A stretch of DNA of 64,000 bases from Candidatus Dormiibacterota bacterium (GTDB lineage: Bacteria; Acidobacteriota; Terriglobia; Acidiferrales; UBA7541), in NCBI GenBank assembly GCA_035534495.1, contig DATLRW010000197.1:1561-65560 (forward strand), in the 5' to 3' direction. Position numbers and translations under genes: made by a program. Under the pieces are notes generated by a model. It saw only the letters and a program-made list of their open reading frames with translations. It had not been told where the DNA came from and did not search any database. Shown here piece by piece: positions 41,141 to 53,230 of this stretch (its first letter is position 1; each line of letters opens with the position of its first letter).

Positions 41141-42289
41141 CTGAACCTGCTGCAGGACAACCGCGCTACCCTGGCGCTCGAAGACGGGCGCGTCTTTAAC
41201 GGCCGGGCGGCTGGCGCTCGAACGCGCCGCGGCGGCGAAGTCGTTTTCAATACCAGTCTTACCGGCTATCAAGAGGTCTTCAGCGATCCCAGCTATGCCG
41301 GCCAGGTCGTCTGCCTGACCTATCCGCACATCGGCAACGTCGGGGCCAATTTCGATGACGAAGAAGCCTCGCGTCCCCACATCGAATCCCTGGTCGTCCG
41401 CGAATTTTCGCATCTCGCCTCCAGTTGGCGCTCGGCGGAAACCGCGCAGCAATATCTCGAACGGTGGAACGTTCCGGTCATCTGGGACGTCGATACCCGC
41501 GCCCTGGTGCGTCACATCCGCCGCGTCGGCGCCCTGCGCGGCATCGTCGCAACCGACGGCACCCCGCCCGACCGGCTGGTCGAAGAAGCCCGCGCATTGC
41601 CGTCCATGGCGGGGCTGGAACTGGCCAGCGGCGTGAGCTGCCGGAGTCCCTACGGGTGGAGCGAGCCTTCGATCGAACTCTCGCGCGCGGCCCCTGCCGC
41701 GGACGGGGAGGGGCAGCGCCGTTTTCGCGTGGTGGCCTACGATTTCGGCATCAAGCGCAATATTCTCCGATTGCTGGTCGATTCCGGCTGCGATGTCACC
41801 GTCGTTCCGGCCGCGACCCCGGCCGAGGATACTCTCGCGCTTCGCCCGGACGGTGTATTCCTCTCGAACGGGCCGGGCGATCCCGAGCCGGTCACCTACG
41901 CCGTGGAGGCCATCCGCAAACTGGCGGGGCGTGTTCCGATCTTCGGCATCTGCCTGGGCCACCAGCTTTGCGGCCTGGCCCTGGGCGGCCGCACCTTCAA
42001 GCTGAAATTTGGCCACCACGGCTCGAACCATCCGGTGAAGGACCTGGGAACGGGAAAGGTGGAAATCACGGCGCAAAATCACGGTTTCGCCGTCGATCCC
42101 CATTCGCTGCCCTCGAGCGAGGTCGAAGTCACCCACGTGAATTTGAACGACGGAACGAACGAGGGGATGCGGCACCGCTCCTTGCCGCTCTTCAGCGTGC
42201 AGTATCACCCCGAAGCGTCGCCCGGTCCGCACGATGCCCGCTACCTGTTCGGTCGCTTTATCGAAATGATGCGCGCGGGGCGACCGTGA
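41141..42289 (+). CDS. carA: Carbamoyl-phosphate synthase small (glutaminase) subunit. The start codon is uncertain and non-canonical.
   Basis: The frame is open from 41123. [15 protein letters not shown]...[36 protein letters not shown] is the conserved CarA N-terminus, and [11 protein letters not shown] is the GATase Cys. The track ORF (41507) starts 122 codons too late. Only CTG codons (41141, 41147, 41150) follow the GGAGGA at 41131-41136. Confidence 0.85.
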   Translation: MNLLQDNRATLALEDGRVFNGRAAGARTRRGGEVVFNTSLTGYQEVFSDPSYAGQVVCLTYPHIGNVGANFDDEEASRPHIESLVVREFSHLASSWRSAETAQQYLERWNVPVIWDVDTRALVRHIRRVGALRGIVATDGTPPDRLVEEARALPSMAGLELASGVSCRSPYGWSEPSIELSRAAPAADGEGQRRFRVVAYDFGIKRNILRLLVDSGCDVTVVPAATPAEDTLALRPDGVFLSNGPGDPEPVTYAVEAIRKLAGRVPIFGICLGHQLCGLALGGRTFKLKFGHHGSNHPVKDLGTGKVEITAQNHGFAVDPHSLPSSEVEVTHVNLNDGTNEGMRHRSLPLFSVQYHPEASPGPHDARYLFGRFIEMMRAGRP

Positions 42290-42336
42290 GCGGGCGGAAG
42301 GCCAAATTGGGATGCAGCGAGGAATATTGAGGATAA

Positions 42337-45619
<3,283 letters not shown>

Positions 45620-45627
<8 letters not shown>

Positions 45628-46531
45628 CCTGCCGGAATTGAAAGGTATTTTTCTCCCGCTCACCACGCCGTTCGATTCGAGTGGCCGGTTTTCCGTCGCC
45701 CACATGCGCGGCAACGTGGAAAAGTACAATCGCACGCGGGCGGCCGGCTACGTCGCCACCGGTTCTACGGGCGAGGCCGTCCTGCTGAGCGCGGCCGAGA
45801 CCGAAGAGCTTTGGGCGACGGTCGCCGAGGCGGCCTCCGGCGGCAAAATCCTGGTGGCGGGAACGGGAGCGGAATCGACGGCGGAAACGATCGCGCTCAC
45901 GCGCCGCGCCGCCGGAATCGGCTACGGCGTCGCGCTCGTCCGCACGCCGCATTACTACCGGCCGCTGATGACGCCCGACGTTCTGGCCGACTTCTTCCTT
46001 TGCGTCGCCGAGGCGTCGCCCATTCCGGTTGTCATCTATTCGATTCCTCAGTTCACGGGCATCACCGTGGAAGCGCCCCTGGTCGCCCGGCTGGCCGAGC
46101 ATCCGAACATCGTCGGGATCAAGGACAGTTCCGGCTCGGTGCAGCGCGTAGCGGAGATCGTGAATGCCGTGCCTGCTTCGTTCCGCGTGCTGGTGGGTTC
46201 GGCCTCAACGCTGGTTTCCTCCCTGATGGTTGGCGCCTCCGGCGGAATCCTGGGGCTTGCCGATTCGTTGCCGGAAGCCTGCGTGGACCTCTATCAAGCC
46301 GTTCTCGCCGGCCGGTTCGAGGAGGCGAGGGACTTGCAGCGGAAACTGCTGCCAGCCTCTCAACTCCTTGTCTCGCAGACCGGCGTGGCGGGAACGAAAT
46401 ATGTTCTGGACCGGCTGGGATATTACGGAGGACCGGTGCGGGAGCCGCTGCGCGGCCTGAGCGCCGAGGTCCGGGCGACGATTGACCGCGTGCTGGCGGG
46501 GTTGGGGATTTTGGCGGCGACCGGCGCTTAG
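45620..46531 (+). CDS. DapA/N-acetylneuraminate-lyase family class I aldolase (dihydrodipicolinate synthase-like)
   Basis: Start at ATG 45620 ([18 protein letters not shown]), overlapping the carB end by 8 nt. [10 protein letters not shown], a Schiff-base Lys context IVGIKDSSG. Specific function not assignable. Confidence 0.8.
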
Positions 46532-46559
46532 CGAGGTTCCGGTCGATATTTCAGTCGAG

Positions 46560-46584
46560 GCGCCGCCGGCCGTAAGAGCGGCGC
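46560..46584. terminator. GC-rich hairpin between convergent genes (possible bidirectional terminator, no U tract)
   Basis: GCGCCGC (46560-46566) pairs with GCGGCGC (46578-46584) around an 11-nt loop. It lies between the dapA-like stop (46531) and the bshB1 stop (46584). Confidence 0.25.
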
Positions 46585-47300
46585 TAGACGGACCGCACGG
46601 GCAGATTCACCACGTCTTCCACCTGCATCACTTCCCGTACGACGTATCCTTCCGCATAGCGAACACCGATCATGTATCCATAGGCGCGCGCCTGCAGGCC
46701 CATGCGCTCTTCGAGCTCATCGAGGGGAATCGGCACGCGCGATCTCTTTTCGCGCACCGATGGACGGAATTGGGAGCTGTAGGCCAGAATCGCGCGGCGC
46801 CTCCGCTCGTAATATTTGGTAATGTCCACGGCGAACGTGGGCCGGACGTCCGCGTAGGCCGCCGCATACAGAATTTTCGCGGGGCGGAACGGCTGTCCCG
46901 GGATGTCGTAGTTTTTCAGCCCGGCGAGGAAACAGGCCTCGTAGCCGAGGGTCGAGGCGACGTAATGGTCGGGATGGCGGCCTTCCCAATAGGGAAGAAT
47001 CACGGTGCGCGGCTCGAGCTCGCGGATGACCTGGGCGATGGCGGCCTTGTATTCGTCGCAGACGCGCAAATGGGCGTCGGGAAGCCCCGCGTTTCGCCGC
47101 ACGCGGACCCCGAGAATTCTGGCGGCGCTCGCGGCTTCGCGAAGGCGGCGCTCGGGCGTTCCGCGCGTTCCCATTTCTCCCCGGGTCAGGTCCAGAATGC
47201 CCGTCTGGTAGCCCGCCGCGGCGGCCTTAAGGAGGGTGCCGCCGCTGGTCAGTTCCGCATCGTCGGGGTGAGCCGCAATCACCAAAAGGTCGATTTTCAT
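46584..47300 (-). CDS. bshB: Bacillithiol biosynthesis deacetylase BshB1 (LmbE/PIG-L family)
   Basis: Start at ATG 47300 (MKIDLLVIAAHPDDAELTSGG). Collinear with B. subtilis BshB1 as I recall it: GILDLTRGEMGTRGT, GRHPDH, AILAYSSQF and YAEGY. Confidence 0.8.
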   Translation of the reverse strand: MKIDLLVIAAHPDDAELTSGGTLLKAAAAGYQTGILDLTRGEMGTRGTPERRLREAASAARILGVRVRRNAGLPDAHLRVCDEYKAAIAQVIRELEPRTVILPYWEGRHPDHYVASTLGYEACFLAGLKNYDIPGQPFRPAKILYAAAYADVRPTFAVDITKYYERRRRAILAYSSQFRPSVREKRSRVPIPLDELEERMGLQARAYGYMIGVRYAEGYVVREVMQVEDVVNLPVRSV

Positions 47301-47444
47301 ACCGCTCCTGTTTTCATGAACTCGGTGGCCCGCGCCGCTCCAGTATAAAACGGCCCGTGCGCGGCTTCGGCGGCCCGGGCGAAAATCGTTGAATCCCGGG
47401 CGATTGCGGACGCATCTTCTCCCATGTGACAATGACCCTTACCC

Positions 47445-49064
47445 ATGGAATGTAGGTCCTATCCCCTTGCTCGCATGTCGCATGCCTCGCGGCTTCTAGC
47501 CGACTATCTGGAGGATTTTTCCCGCCTGTCGGATTTCTACGTTCATCCGCCCAGCCGCGAAGGGGTTCTCGAAGCGGCGCGCCGCGCTGACTCTTCGCCG
47601 CGGATGCGCGGGGCGGTCGCGGACGTGCTCCGCGAGCAAAATGAGCGGCTTGGGCCCGACCCCGACCCCTCGGTGGAACAAAGTCTCGAGCGTTTCCGGA
47701 ACGGCGCCGCGGCCATCGTGACAGGCCAACAGGTGGGCCTGTTCGGCGGGCCGGCATACACGATATACAAAGCGCTCGGGGTCGTGCGCCTGGCCGAGGA
47801 ATTGACCGGGAGCGGCGTCGAAGGCGTGCCGATTTTTTGGATGGCGACCGAGGACCACGACCTGGCCGAGGTCAACCAGTGTTTCTGGGCAACCCACGCG
47901 GGTTTCGAGCGAATCGATCTTCCGTTTCCGAAGGAAGTCGAAGGCCGGCCAGTCGGAGCCGTCGCGTTGCCGGAGGAGGTTGTGGCGGCGGTCGAAACCG
48001 TATGCAGCCGGCTCGAAGGGCCGTCGGCGCCCTCGGTCGCGCGGGCCTTGCAGGAATCGTACCGTCCCGGGGAAACGCTGGCGTCGGCCTTCGGGCGGCT
48101 GATGAGGCGGCTTTTCAGCGGGAGGGGATTGCTGCTGGTCGACCCGACCGATGCGCGGCTGCGCCGGCTGGCGGGCCATCTCTACCTCGGCGCGCTGGAT
48201 TCCTGCGACGGTTTCGACAAGGAATTGCTCGCACGCGCCGAGCGGCTCTCCTTCGACGGCTATCACACGCAGGTGCGCGTCACCGACGAAAGCACGCTGC
48301 TCTTCTGGGAAATCGAGGGACGCCGCTTCCCGGTCGAATGCCGCGGCGGCCGGCTGCACGTCGGCGGGTTTCATTTCTCGCCGGGCGAATTCCGCCAGAC
48401 GCTCGCGGAGCGGCCGGAAAGGGCCAGCGGCAACGTGTTGCTGCGGCCGGTGGTGCAGGACGCGCTGCTGGGCACGGCCGCCTACATCGGCGGGCCGGCC
48501 GAGATCGCCTATCTCGCGCAGGCCGAGGTCGTCTACCGGCGTCTGGGTGTGCCGATGCCGGCCGTTCTGGCGCGGCCGGGTTTTACACTCGTCGCGCGAA
48601 CCCTCGACCGCCTGCTCTCGAAATACCATTTATCCATCGCGGACGTGTTCCAGGGGCGCCAGCACCTACGCGCCGCCATGGAGCGGGAATCGCTGCCCGG
48701 TGACCTGATCGAGCGATTCACCGAGGGCGAGGCGAAGCTGCGGGAGATTCTTGCGAACTTGCGCGATCCCCTGGCGCGGCTCGATGCAACGCTTTCCGGC
48801 GCCCTGGAGACGGTCGAGCGAAAAATTCTGTATCAATACACCAAATTGCACGAAAAGGCCGGCCGTGCACTCGGCGCGCGCAACGGCATCCTCGACCGCC
48901 ACGAGCACTTGCTGACCGATCTCCTCCATCCCCATCATGAACTTCAGGAACGGGCGCTCTGTTTCCTGCCCATGCTGGCCTGGCAAGGCTTGCCCCTGAT
49001 GGATGCCCTCGAGCGCCTGGCCTCGCCCGAAGCGGGCCAGCATATCGTCGTTTCACTGGACTGA
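47445..49064 (+). CDS. bshC: Bacillithiol biosynthesis cysteine-adding enzyme BshC
   Basis: 539-aa ORF. TGQQVGLFGGPAYTIYKALGVVRLAEEL, PIFWMATEDHDLAEVN and NVLLRPVVQDALLGTAAYIGGPAEIAYLAQ match the hallmark BshC (YllA) blocks. Confidence 0.85.
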   Translation: MECRSYPLARMSHASRLLADYLEDFSRLSDFYVHPPSREGVLEAARRADSSPRMRGAVADVLREQNERLGPDPDPSVEQSLERFRNGAAAIVTGQQVGLFGGPAYTIYKALGVVRLAEELTGSGVEGVPIFWMATEDHDLAEVNQCFWATHAGFERIDLPFPKEVEGRPVGAVALPEEVVAAVETVCSRLEGPSAPSVARALQESYRPGETLASAFGRLMRRLFSGRGLLLVDPTDARLRRLAGHLYLGALDSCDGFDKELLARAERLSFDGYHTQVRVTDESTLLFWEIEGRRFPVECRGGRLHVGGFHFSPGEFRQTLAERPERASGNVLLRPVVQDALLGTAAYIGGPAEIAYLAQAEVVYRRLGVPMPAVLARPGFTLVARTLDRLLSKYHLSIADVFQGRQHLRAAMERESLPGDLIERFTEGEAKLREILANLRDPLARLDATLSGALETVERKILYQYTKLHEKAGRALGARNGILDRHEHLLTDLLHPHHELQERALCFLPMLAWQGLPLMDALERLASPEAGQHIVVSLD

Positions 49065-49148
49065 GCCGGGCGGCTGAATCGGGAAACCCTCCCGCGGGAG
49101 CCTTCGGCGGTTTTTTCGGGGTTCCGGGGCCGGCCCGGAGGTTTACCG

Positions 49149-49177
49149 CTGACCTTTGCGCCGCAGTAGCTTATGAT
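49149..49177 (+). promoter_or_regulatory. Candidate sigma70-type promoter for the LacD-like aldolase gene
   Basis: CTGACC (49149-49154), a 17-nt spacer, then TATGAT (49172-49177), ~25 nt upstream of ATG 49202, which has a GGAAGGAG SD. Confidence 0.3.
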
Positions 49178-49201
49178 TATCTTTTGAGGAAGGAGACTCC
49201 G

Positions 49202-50221
49202 ATGACTCCCGGTAAACGTCAAAAGCTCGATGCCGTTTCGAACGCGCGCGGCGTGATTGCCGCCGCGGCTATGGATCAACGAGGGTCTTTGCGCTCGGCC
49301 ATTGCCAAGACAAAGGGGGTCGAGAAGAACGCCGTCACGGCCGCCATGCTGGGGGAATTCAAGCAGACGGTCGCCGGCGTGCTCACGCCTCACGCCAGCG
49401 CGATTCTGCTCGATCCGGAATTCGGCCTGGAGGCCTCGCGCCGCCGCGCCAAGGGCTGCGGTTTGCTGCTCGCCTATGAGAGCAGCGGCTACGACAATAC
49501 CCGCCCGGGCCGCCTGCCCGACCTGCTCGATCACTGGTCGGTACGCCGGCTGGTCGATGCGGGCGCCGATTGCGTGAAGGTGCTGCTCTACTACAACCCG
49601 TTCGAGACCGCCGAGATCAACGACCACAAGCACGCCTGGGTCGAGCGGATCGGCGCGGAATGCCTCGCTGCGGACGTGCCGTTCTTTTTGGAGTTCGTCG
49701 GTTACGACGATTCGATGGACGTCAAGGGGATCGACTTCGCGCGCCGCAAGCCGGAGGTGGTCGGCAAGAGCATCGCGGAATTCTCAAAGCCCCAGTACGG
49801 CGTCGATATGCTCAAGGTCGAAGTGCCGGTCAATCTGGCGTTCGTGAAGGGGACGCAGGCTTGCCGCGGGGAATCCTGTTATTCCCGCGACGAAGCCAAG
49901 CAGCATTTCCGTAACGCCGCCGCCGCGGCCGGCAAGCCGTTTATCTACCTTTCGGCGGGCGTCACGAACGACGTTTTCGTCGAAAGCCTGGAACTGGCCG
50001 CCGAAGCCGGCGTGTCCTTTTCCGGGGTTCTTTGCGGCCGCGCCACCTGGCAGGACGGCATCGCCGTTTACGCCAGGCAGGGAGCCAAGGCACTCGAAGA
50101 GTGGCTCAAGGGCGAAGGCGTCCGGAATATCGAGCGCGTCAATAAGGCCATCGAAGCGGCCAAGCCCTGGTACGGGTTTTACGGCGCGTCTTCCTCGGCG
50201 GCGATGGCCGCCAAGGGATAA
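49202..50221 (+). CDS. Tagatose-1,6-bisphosphate aldolase family (LacD-type class I aldolase)
   Basis: Start at ATG 49202 (MTPGKRQKL). Collinear with LacD as I recall it: AMDQRGSL, ILLDPEFGL, GLLLAYESSGYD, MLKVEVPVN, YLSAGV and GVLCGRATWQDG. Confidence 0.85.
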   Translation: MTPGKRQKLDAVSNARGVIAAAAMDQRGSLRSAIAKTKGVEKNAVTAAMLGEFKQTVAGVLTPHASAILLDPEFGLEASRRRAKGCGLLLAYESSGYDNTRPGRLPDLLDHWSVRRLVDAGADCVKVLLYYNPFETAEINDHKHAWVERIGAECLAADVPFFLEFVGYDDSMDVKGIDFARRKPEVVGKSIAEFSKPQYGVDMLKVEVPVNLAFVKGTQACRGESCYSRDEAKQHFRNAAAAAGKPFIYLSAGVTNDVFVESLELAAEAGVSFSGVLCGRATWQDGIAVYARQGAKALEEWLKGEGVRNIERVNKAIEAAKPWYGFYGASSSAAMAAKG

Positions 50222-50265
50222 CCTGACAAGCCCCAGGCGCGAGCCGCACGGGCTGGCGCGCAGGG

Positions 50266-50718
50266 TTGGGACTGCCTGAATTGCCTAAATCCGATCACCA
50301 TACTCGCGCTCTCACGACGGAACTGCCGGTGCAGACCTCGGAACGCCTGGAGATCCTCGATATTACCGACGCGGTTGGCCGCGCGGTGGCCGATTCCGGC
50401 GTCAGCTCGGGCGTCTGCCATCTTTTCGTGCCGCACACCACGGCCGGGGTATTGGTCAATGAAAACGACGATCCGGCGGTGGCCCGCGACATCGCCGCCG
50501 CGCTGGATCGTCTGGTCCCGCGCGGCCTCGACTATCAGCACCTCGAGGGCAACGCCGATTCCCACATTAAATCGGCGATGGTCGGTATCTCCGAGACGGT
50601 GTTCGTTGAAAACGGGCGGCTTGCTCTGGGCCGCTGGCAGGGAATTTTCTTCTGCGAATTCGACGGGCCGCGCCAGCGCCGGATTCGCGTGAAAATCGTG
50701 CCCGATCCCGCCGTATGA
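50266..50718 (+). CDS. YjbQ/UPF0047 family protein (secondary thiamine-phosphate synthase-like)
   Basis: 150-aa ORF with LEILDITD, VCHLFVPHTTAGVLVNENDDP, EGNADSHIKS and LGRWQGIFFCEFDGPR, which are typical YjbQ blocks. TTG start uncertain. Confidence 0.8.
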   Translation: MGLPELPKSDHHTRALTTELPVQTSERLEILDITDAVGRAVADSGVSSGVCHLFVPHTTAGVLVNENDDPAVARDIAAALDRLVPRGLDYQHLEGNADSHIKSAMVGISETVFVENGRLALGRWQGIFFCEFDGPRQRRIRVKIVPDPAV

Positions 50719-51920
50719 GCGACCCGGCCCAAAAGGCTTTCAGGAACCCGGGCCGGAAACTGGGGGTTTACGTCCAGGTCCCCTTCTGCCAGGCCAAGTG
50801 TAGCTATTGCAATTTCTCCACCGGCGTTTTTTCGCCCCATATTCACGGGCCGTATGTCGATGCCCTGTGCCGCGAGATCCGCGGCCATGCCGGGCTCTAT
50901 CGGGACGCGGGCCTGGCGGGATGGAACCCGGCGCCGCGATACGAAATCGACACGTTGTACGTCGGCGGCGGCACGCCGAGCCTGCTCGATCCCGCCTACC
51001 TCGCAAAAATCGTCGAGGCCGTGCGCGAAACGTTTCCCGGCGCCATCGAGGAGGCGACGCTCGAGGCCGACCCTGAAACGGTGACCGAAGACCGGGCGCG
51101 GGCGTGGCGGAAAGCGGGCTTCAACAGGATCAGCCTCGGCGCGCAGTCCTTCCACGACGACGAGCTGAAAGCAGTGGGCCGGCGCCATCGCCGCGCCGAT
51201 ATTTTCACCGCGGCCCGGCTGCTGGCCGCCGCGCGATTCGATAACGTCAGCTTCGACCTCATCGCCGGGCTGCCGCATCAGACGACGGCAAGCTGGCAGG
51301 CGTCGGTGGGTGAGTTGCTGCGGCTGGAACCGGTCCACATATCGATTTACATCCTGGAAATTGACCAGGGGAGCCGGTTGGGCCGGGAATCGCTGGCCGG
51401 GGGCCGTCGCTATGGCGCGGGCTTGCTGCCGGACGACGACCAGATGGCCGACTTTTATGAGTGGGCCTGCGCCCGGCTGTCCGATGCGGGATACCACCAT
51501 TACGAAATCTCCAATTGGGCGATCCCCGGTTTTCCCTCCCGGCACAACCTGAAATACTGGCGCCGCGAACCGTACCTCGGCTTCGGCGCCGGCGCGCATT
51601 CCTTTGACGGGCATGAGCGATGGGCCAATGCCCACGACCCGGCGGCCTACATTGCGGCAATCCAGCAGGGACGCCTCGCGCCGGAAGGCAGGGAAGCCGT
51701 CGATTCCCGGCAGGCGCTCGAAGAGGAACTGTTCCTGGGCCTCAGGCAGCTGGACGGAATCGATCTCAAGGCCATCGAGGACCGTTACGGTGTTCAGTTG
51801 GCCGAACGGGTAGATCCGCTCGCGGCGGAGGGCTTAGTGGAAATGACCGGCGGGCGGCTGCGCCTGGCGCCATCGCGCCTGGCAGTTTCGAACGAAGTTT
51901 TTGTCAGGCTGCTGGACTGA
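50715..51920 (+). CDS. hemW: Radical SAM heme chaperone HemW (HemN-like, oxygen-independent coproporphyrinogen oxidase family)
   Basis: 401-aa ORF with a CxxxCxxC cluster motif (FCQAKCSYCNF), YVGGGTPS and a HemN C-terminal domain. ATGA overlap with the yjbQ stop. Confidence 0.85.
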   Translation: MSDPAQKAFRNPGRKLGVYVQVPFCQAKCSYCNFSTGVFSPHIHGPYVDALCREIRGHAGLYRDAGLAGWNPAPRYEIDTLYVGGGTPSLLDPAYLAKIVEAVRETFPGAIEEATLEADPETVTEDRARAWRKAGFNRISLGAQSFHDDELKAVGRRHRRADIFTAARLLAAARFDNVSFDLIAGLPHQTTASWQASVGELLRLEPVHISIYILEIDQGSRLGRESLAGGRRYGAGLLPDDDQMADFYEWACARLSDAGYHHYEISNWAIPGFPSRHNLKYWRREPYLGFGAGAHSFDGHERWANAHDPAAYIAAIQQGRLAPEGREAVDSRQALEEELFLGLRQLDGIDLKAIEDRYGVQLAERVDPLAAEGLVEMTGGRLRLAPSRLAVSNEVFVRLLD

Positions 51921-52008
51921 GTGCGACCTCGGCGGCTGTTTCATTCTGGGTAAACATACAGAATAGTTTTCATGGAGTAACGTATCTTTCTAGTATATAT
52001 TCGCGCGT

Positions 52009-52335
52009 GTGAAACAGACGTCCCTATCCTCAGTCCAGCACGAGTTGCTCGACACACTGGCCGACGGGGGCATGATTGCCATTGTCCACACGCGCGGCGG
52101 CACGATCGCGAGCCTGTTCCCCCGGGAGGGCCGCCACCGGAATATCTCCTTCAAGATGGTTCAGCCGATGCTGGAGGCGGGGTGGGTGGAGGACGTCGTG
52201 CCGAAGGCCATGCGCTGGCGGGGATCGAAATTCGTGATCAGCGCGAAGGGATTGAAAGTCGTTCAGTCGGAAACGGGTCTGCGCGACGAAATCGGGCGCG
52301 TGGATGCGACCCATTCCGAAGCGAGCTCATCCTGA
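52009..52335 (+). CDS. Small hypothetical protein, possibly YjhX/TopAI (UPF0386)-like
   Basis: 108-aa ORF with a GTG start and high third-position GC. LSSVQHELLDTLADGGMI...PREG...KFVISAKGLKVVQSE parallels E. coli YjhX LSRQEQRTLHVLAKGGRI...SREG...YRINTTGLNNVRAQ, recalled from memory and not searched. Confidence 0.45.
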   Translation: MKQTSLSSVQHELLDTLADGGMIAIVHTRGGTIASLFPREGRHRNISFKMVQPMLEAGWVEDVVPKAMRWRGSKFVISAKGLKVVQSETGLRDEIGRVDATHSEASSS

Positions 52336-52432
52336 ACGAAAAAGCACCCCGTTCTCCAGGCTCCGTGGAGGCTTGAAGCTTCTGTCCCGGCCGGGAAGTC
52401 ATTCAGTTCCGGCGAGACGCCGCGGGGGAAGA

Positions 52433-52455
52433 GAAGGACCCACCGGGGGTCCTTC
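52433..52455. terminator. 9-bp hairpin between convergent genes (possible bidirectional terminator, no U tract)
   Basis: GAAGGACCC (52433-52441) pairs with GGGTCCTTC (52447-52455) around a 5-nt loop. It lies between the stops at 52335 (+) and 52501 (-). Confidence 0.3.
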
Positions 52456-52500
52456 AGCCGCGGCGCTCTCCGGGGTTTCGGATGGGAATTGCCGGGAAGG

Positions 52501-53001
52501 CTAGTTTTGGGGCGGTGCCTGCGGCCCCTGATGCATCCCCTTCTTCATCCGCTGCCGCCTCATCTGCTGCCTCATCGTTTCGAATTTCTTGAACTGTTCG
52601 GCCGTCAGTATTTTTTTCATGCCGTGGTTCATTTCGGCCATCATATGCCGCCGCTGCGTCCGCATCTCGGCCCGGGTCGCCTGCGAGTGGCTCTCGTGCC
52701 AGGAACTCATCTCCTGTCTGTGCTTTACCATTAAATCCTTCACCTGATCGGCCTGTTGATCGGTCAGGTTGAGGTCGGATTTCATTTTGGCGACGCGCTG
52801 ATCGATGTTCATTCTGCCCATGCGCCCGCGCTTGTGGGCGCCCATCTGCCCATTCATCGGGCCGTTCATCTGCCCGCCGCCCATCTGGCCGCCCATCTGG
52901 CCGCCCATCTGACTACCCATTCCGCCCGGTTGCTGGGCGGAGAATGCGACGCCGGCCGACAGCGCCAATATCGCCAGTGCCCCCACCACGGTTTTCCTCA
53001 T
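52501..53001 (-). CDS. Periplasmic Spy/CpxP/ZraP-family (LTXXQ motif) protein with an N-terminal Met/Gly/Gln repeat
   Basis: 166-aa ORF with a signal peptide (ALAILALSAGVAFSA), then PGGMGSQMGGQMGGQMGGGQMNGPMNGQMG, and two LTXXQ motifs (LNLTDQQADQV and ILTAEQFKKF). Confidence 0.75.
   Translation of the reverse strand: MRKTVVGALAILALSAGVAFSAQQPGGMGSQMGGQMGGQMGGGQMNGPMNGQMGAHKRGRMGRMNIDQRVAKMKSDLNLTDQQADQVKDLMVKHRQEMSSWHESHSQATRAEMRTQRRHMMAEMNHGMKKILTAEQFKKFETMRQQMRRQRMKKGMHQGPQAPPQN
52843..52920 (-). repeat. In-frame 12-bp tandem repeat inside the Spy-like gene, encoding the (G-G-Q-M)n tract
   Basis: The plus strand shows GCCCATCTGGCC at 52879-52890 and 52891-52902, a third copy with two mismatches at 52903-52914, and degenerate copies back to 52843. 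CAT (Met) codons recur mostly every 12 nt. Confidence 0.8.
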
Positions 53002-53230
53002 ACCATCCTCCTCCGCGCCTCCGACCCGGTCATAACGGCATCAATGCAGGTGGCAGGCGCGCATCATAACCGTTGTATGTGACGCTGGCGGCCTCCGTCA
53101 GGTTTCGTCCAAGTTCGCGCCCGGCACCGAGCACTGCTTGACCATGGTTCGGCAGAGAGGTAAGGTTCCGTGACCCAAAAGCGGGCCGTGGGCACAAATC
53201 CGCCGCCCCGCGCCCCCGGAGACTTCGCCC

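Noticed and set aside
52843-52920. The 12-bp tandem repeat could be a CRISPR or other non-coding repeat array.
   Set aside because: The copies are contiguous with no spacers, lie in frame inside a CDS, and simply encode the GGQM tract. The window contains no CRISPR-like repeat-spacer structure.
53121-53140. A sigma-54-like GGCAC...TGCT element lies upstream of the zinc-ribbon gene.
   Set aside because: The GG-to-GC spacing is one nucleotide longer than the -24/-12 consensus, and the flanking bases do not match TGGCAC-N5-TTGCW.
53151-53162. GGCAGAGAGGTA resembles the PyrR-binding loop core CAGAGAGG.
   Set aside because: No pyrimidine gene lies downstream, and there is no terminator/antiterminator architecture. 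The real pyr genes in the window (pyrE and carAB) lack the motif upstream.
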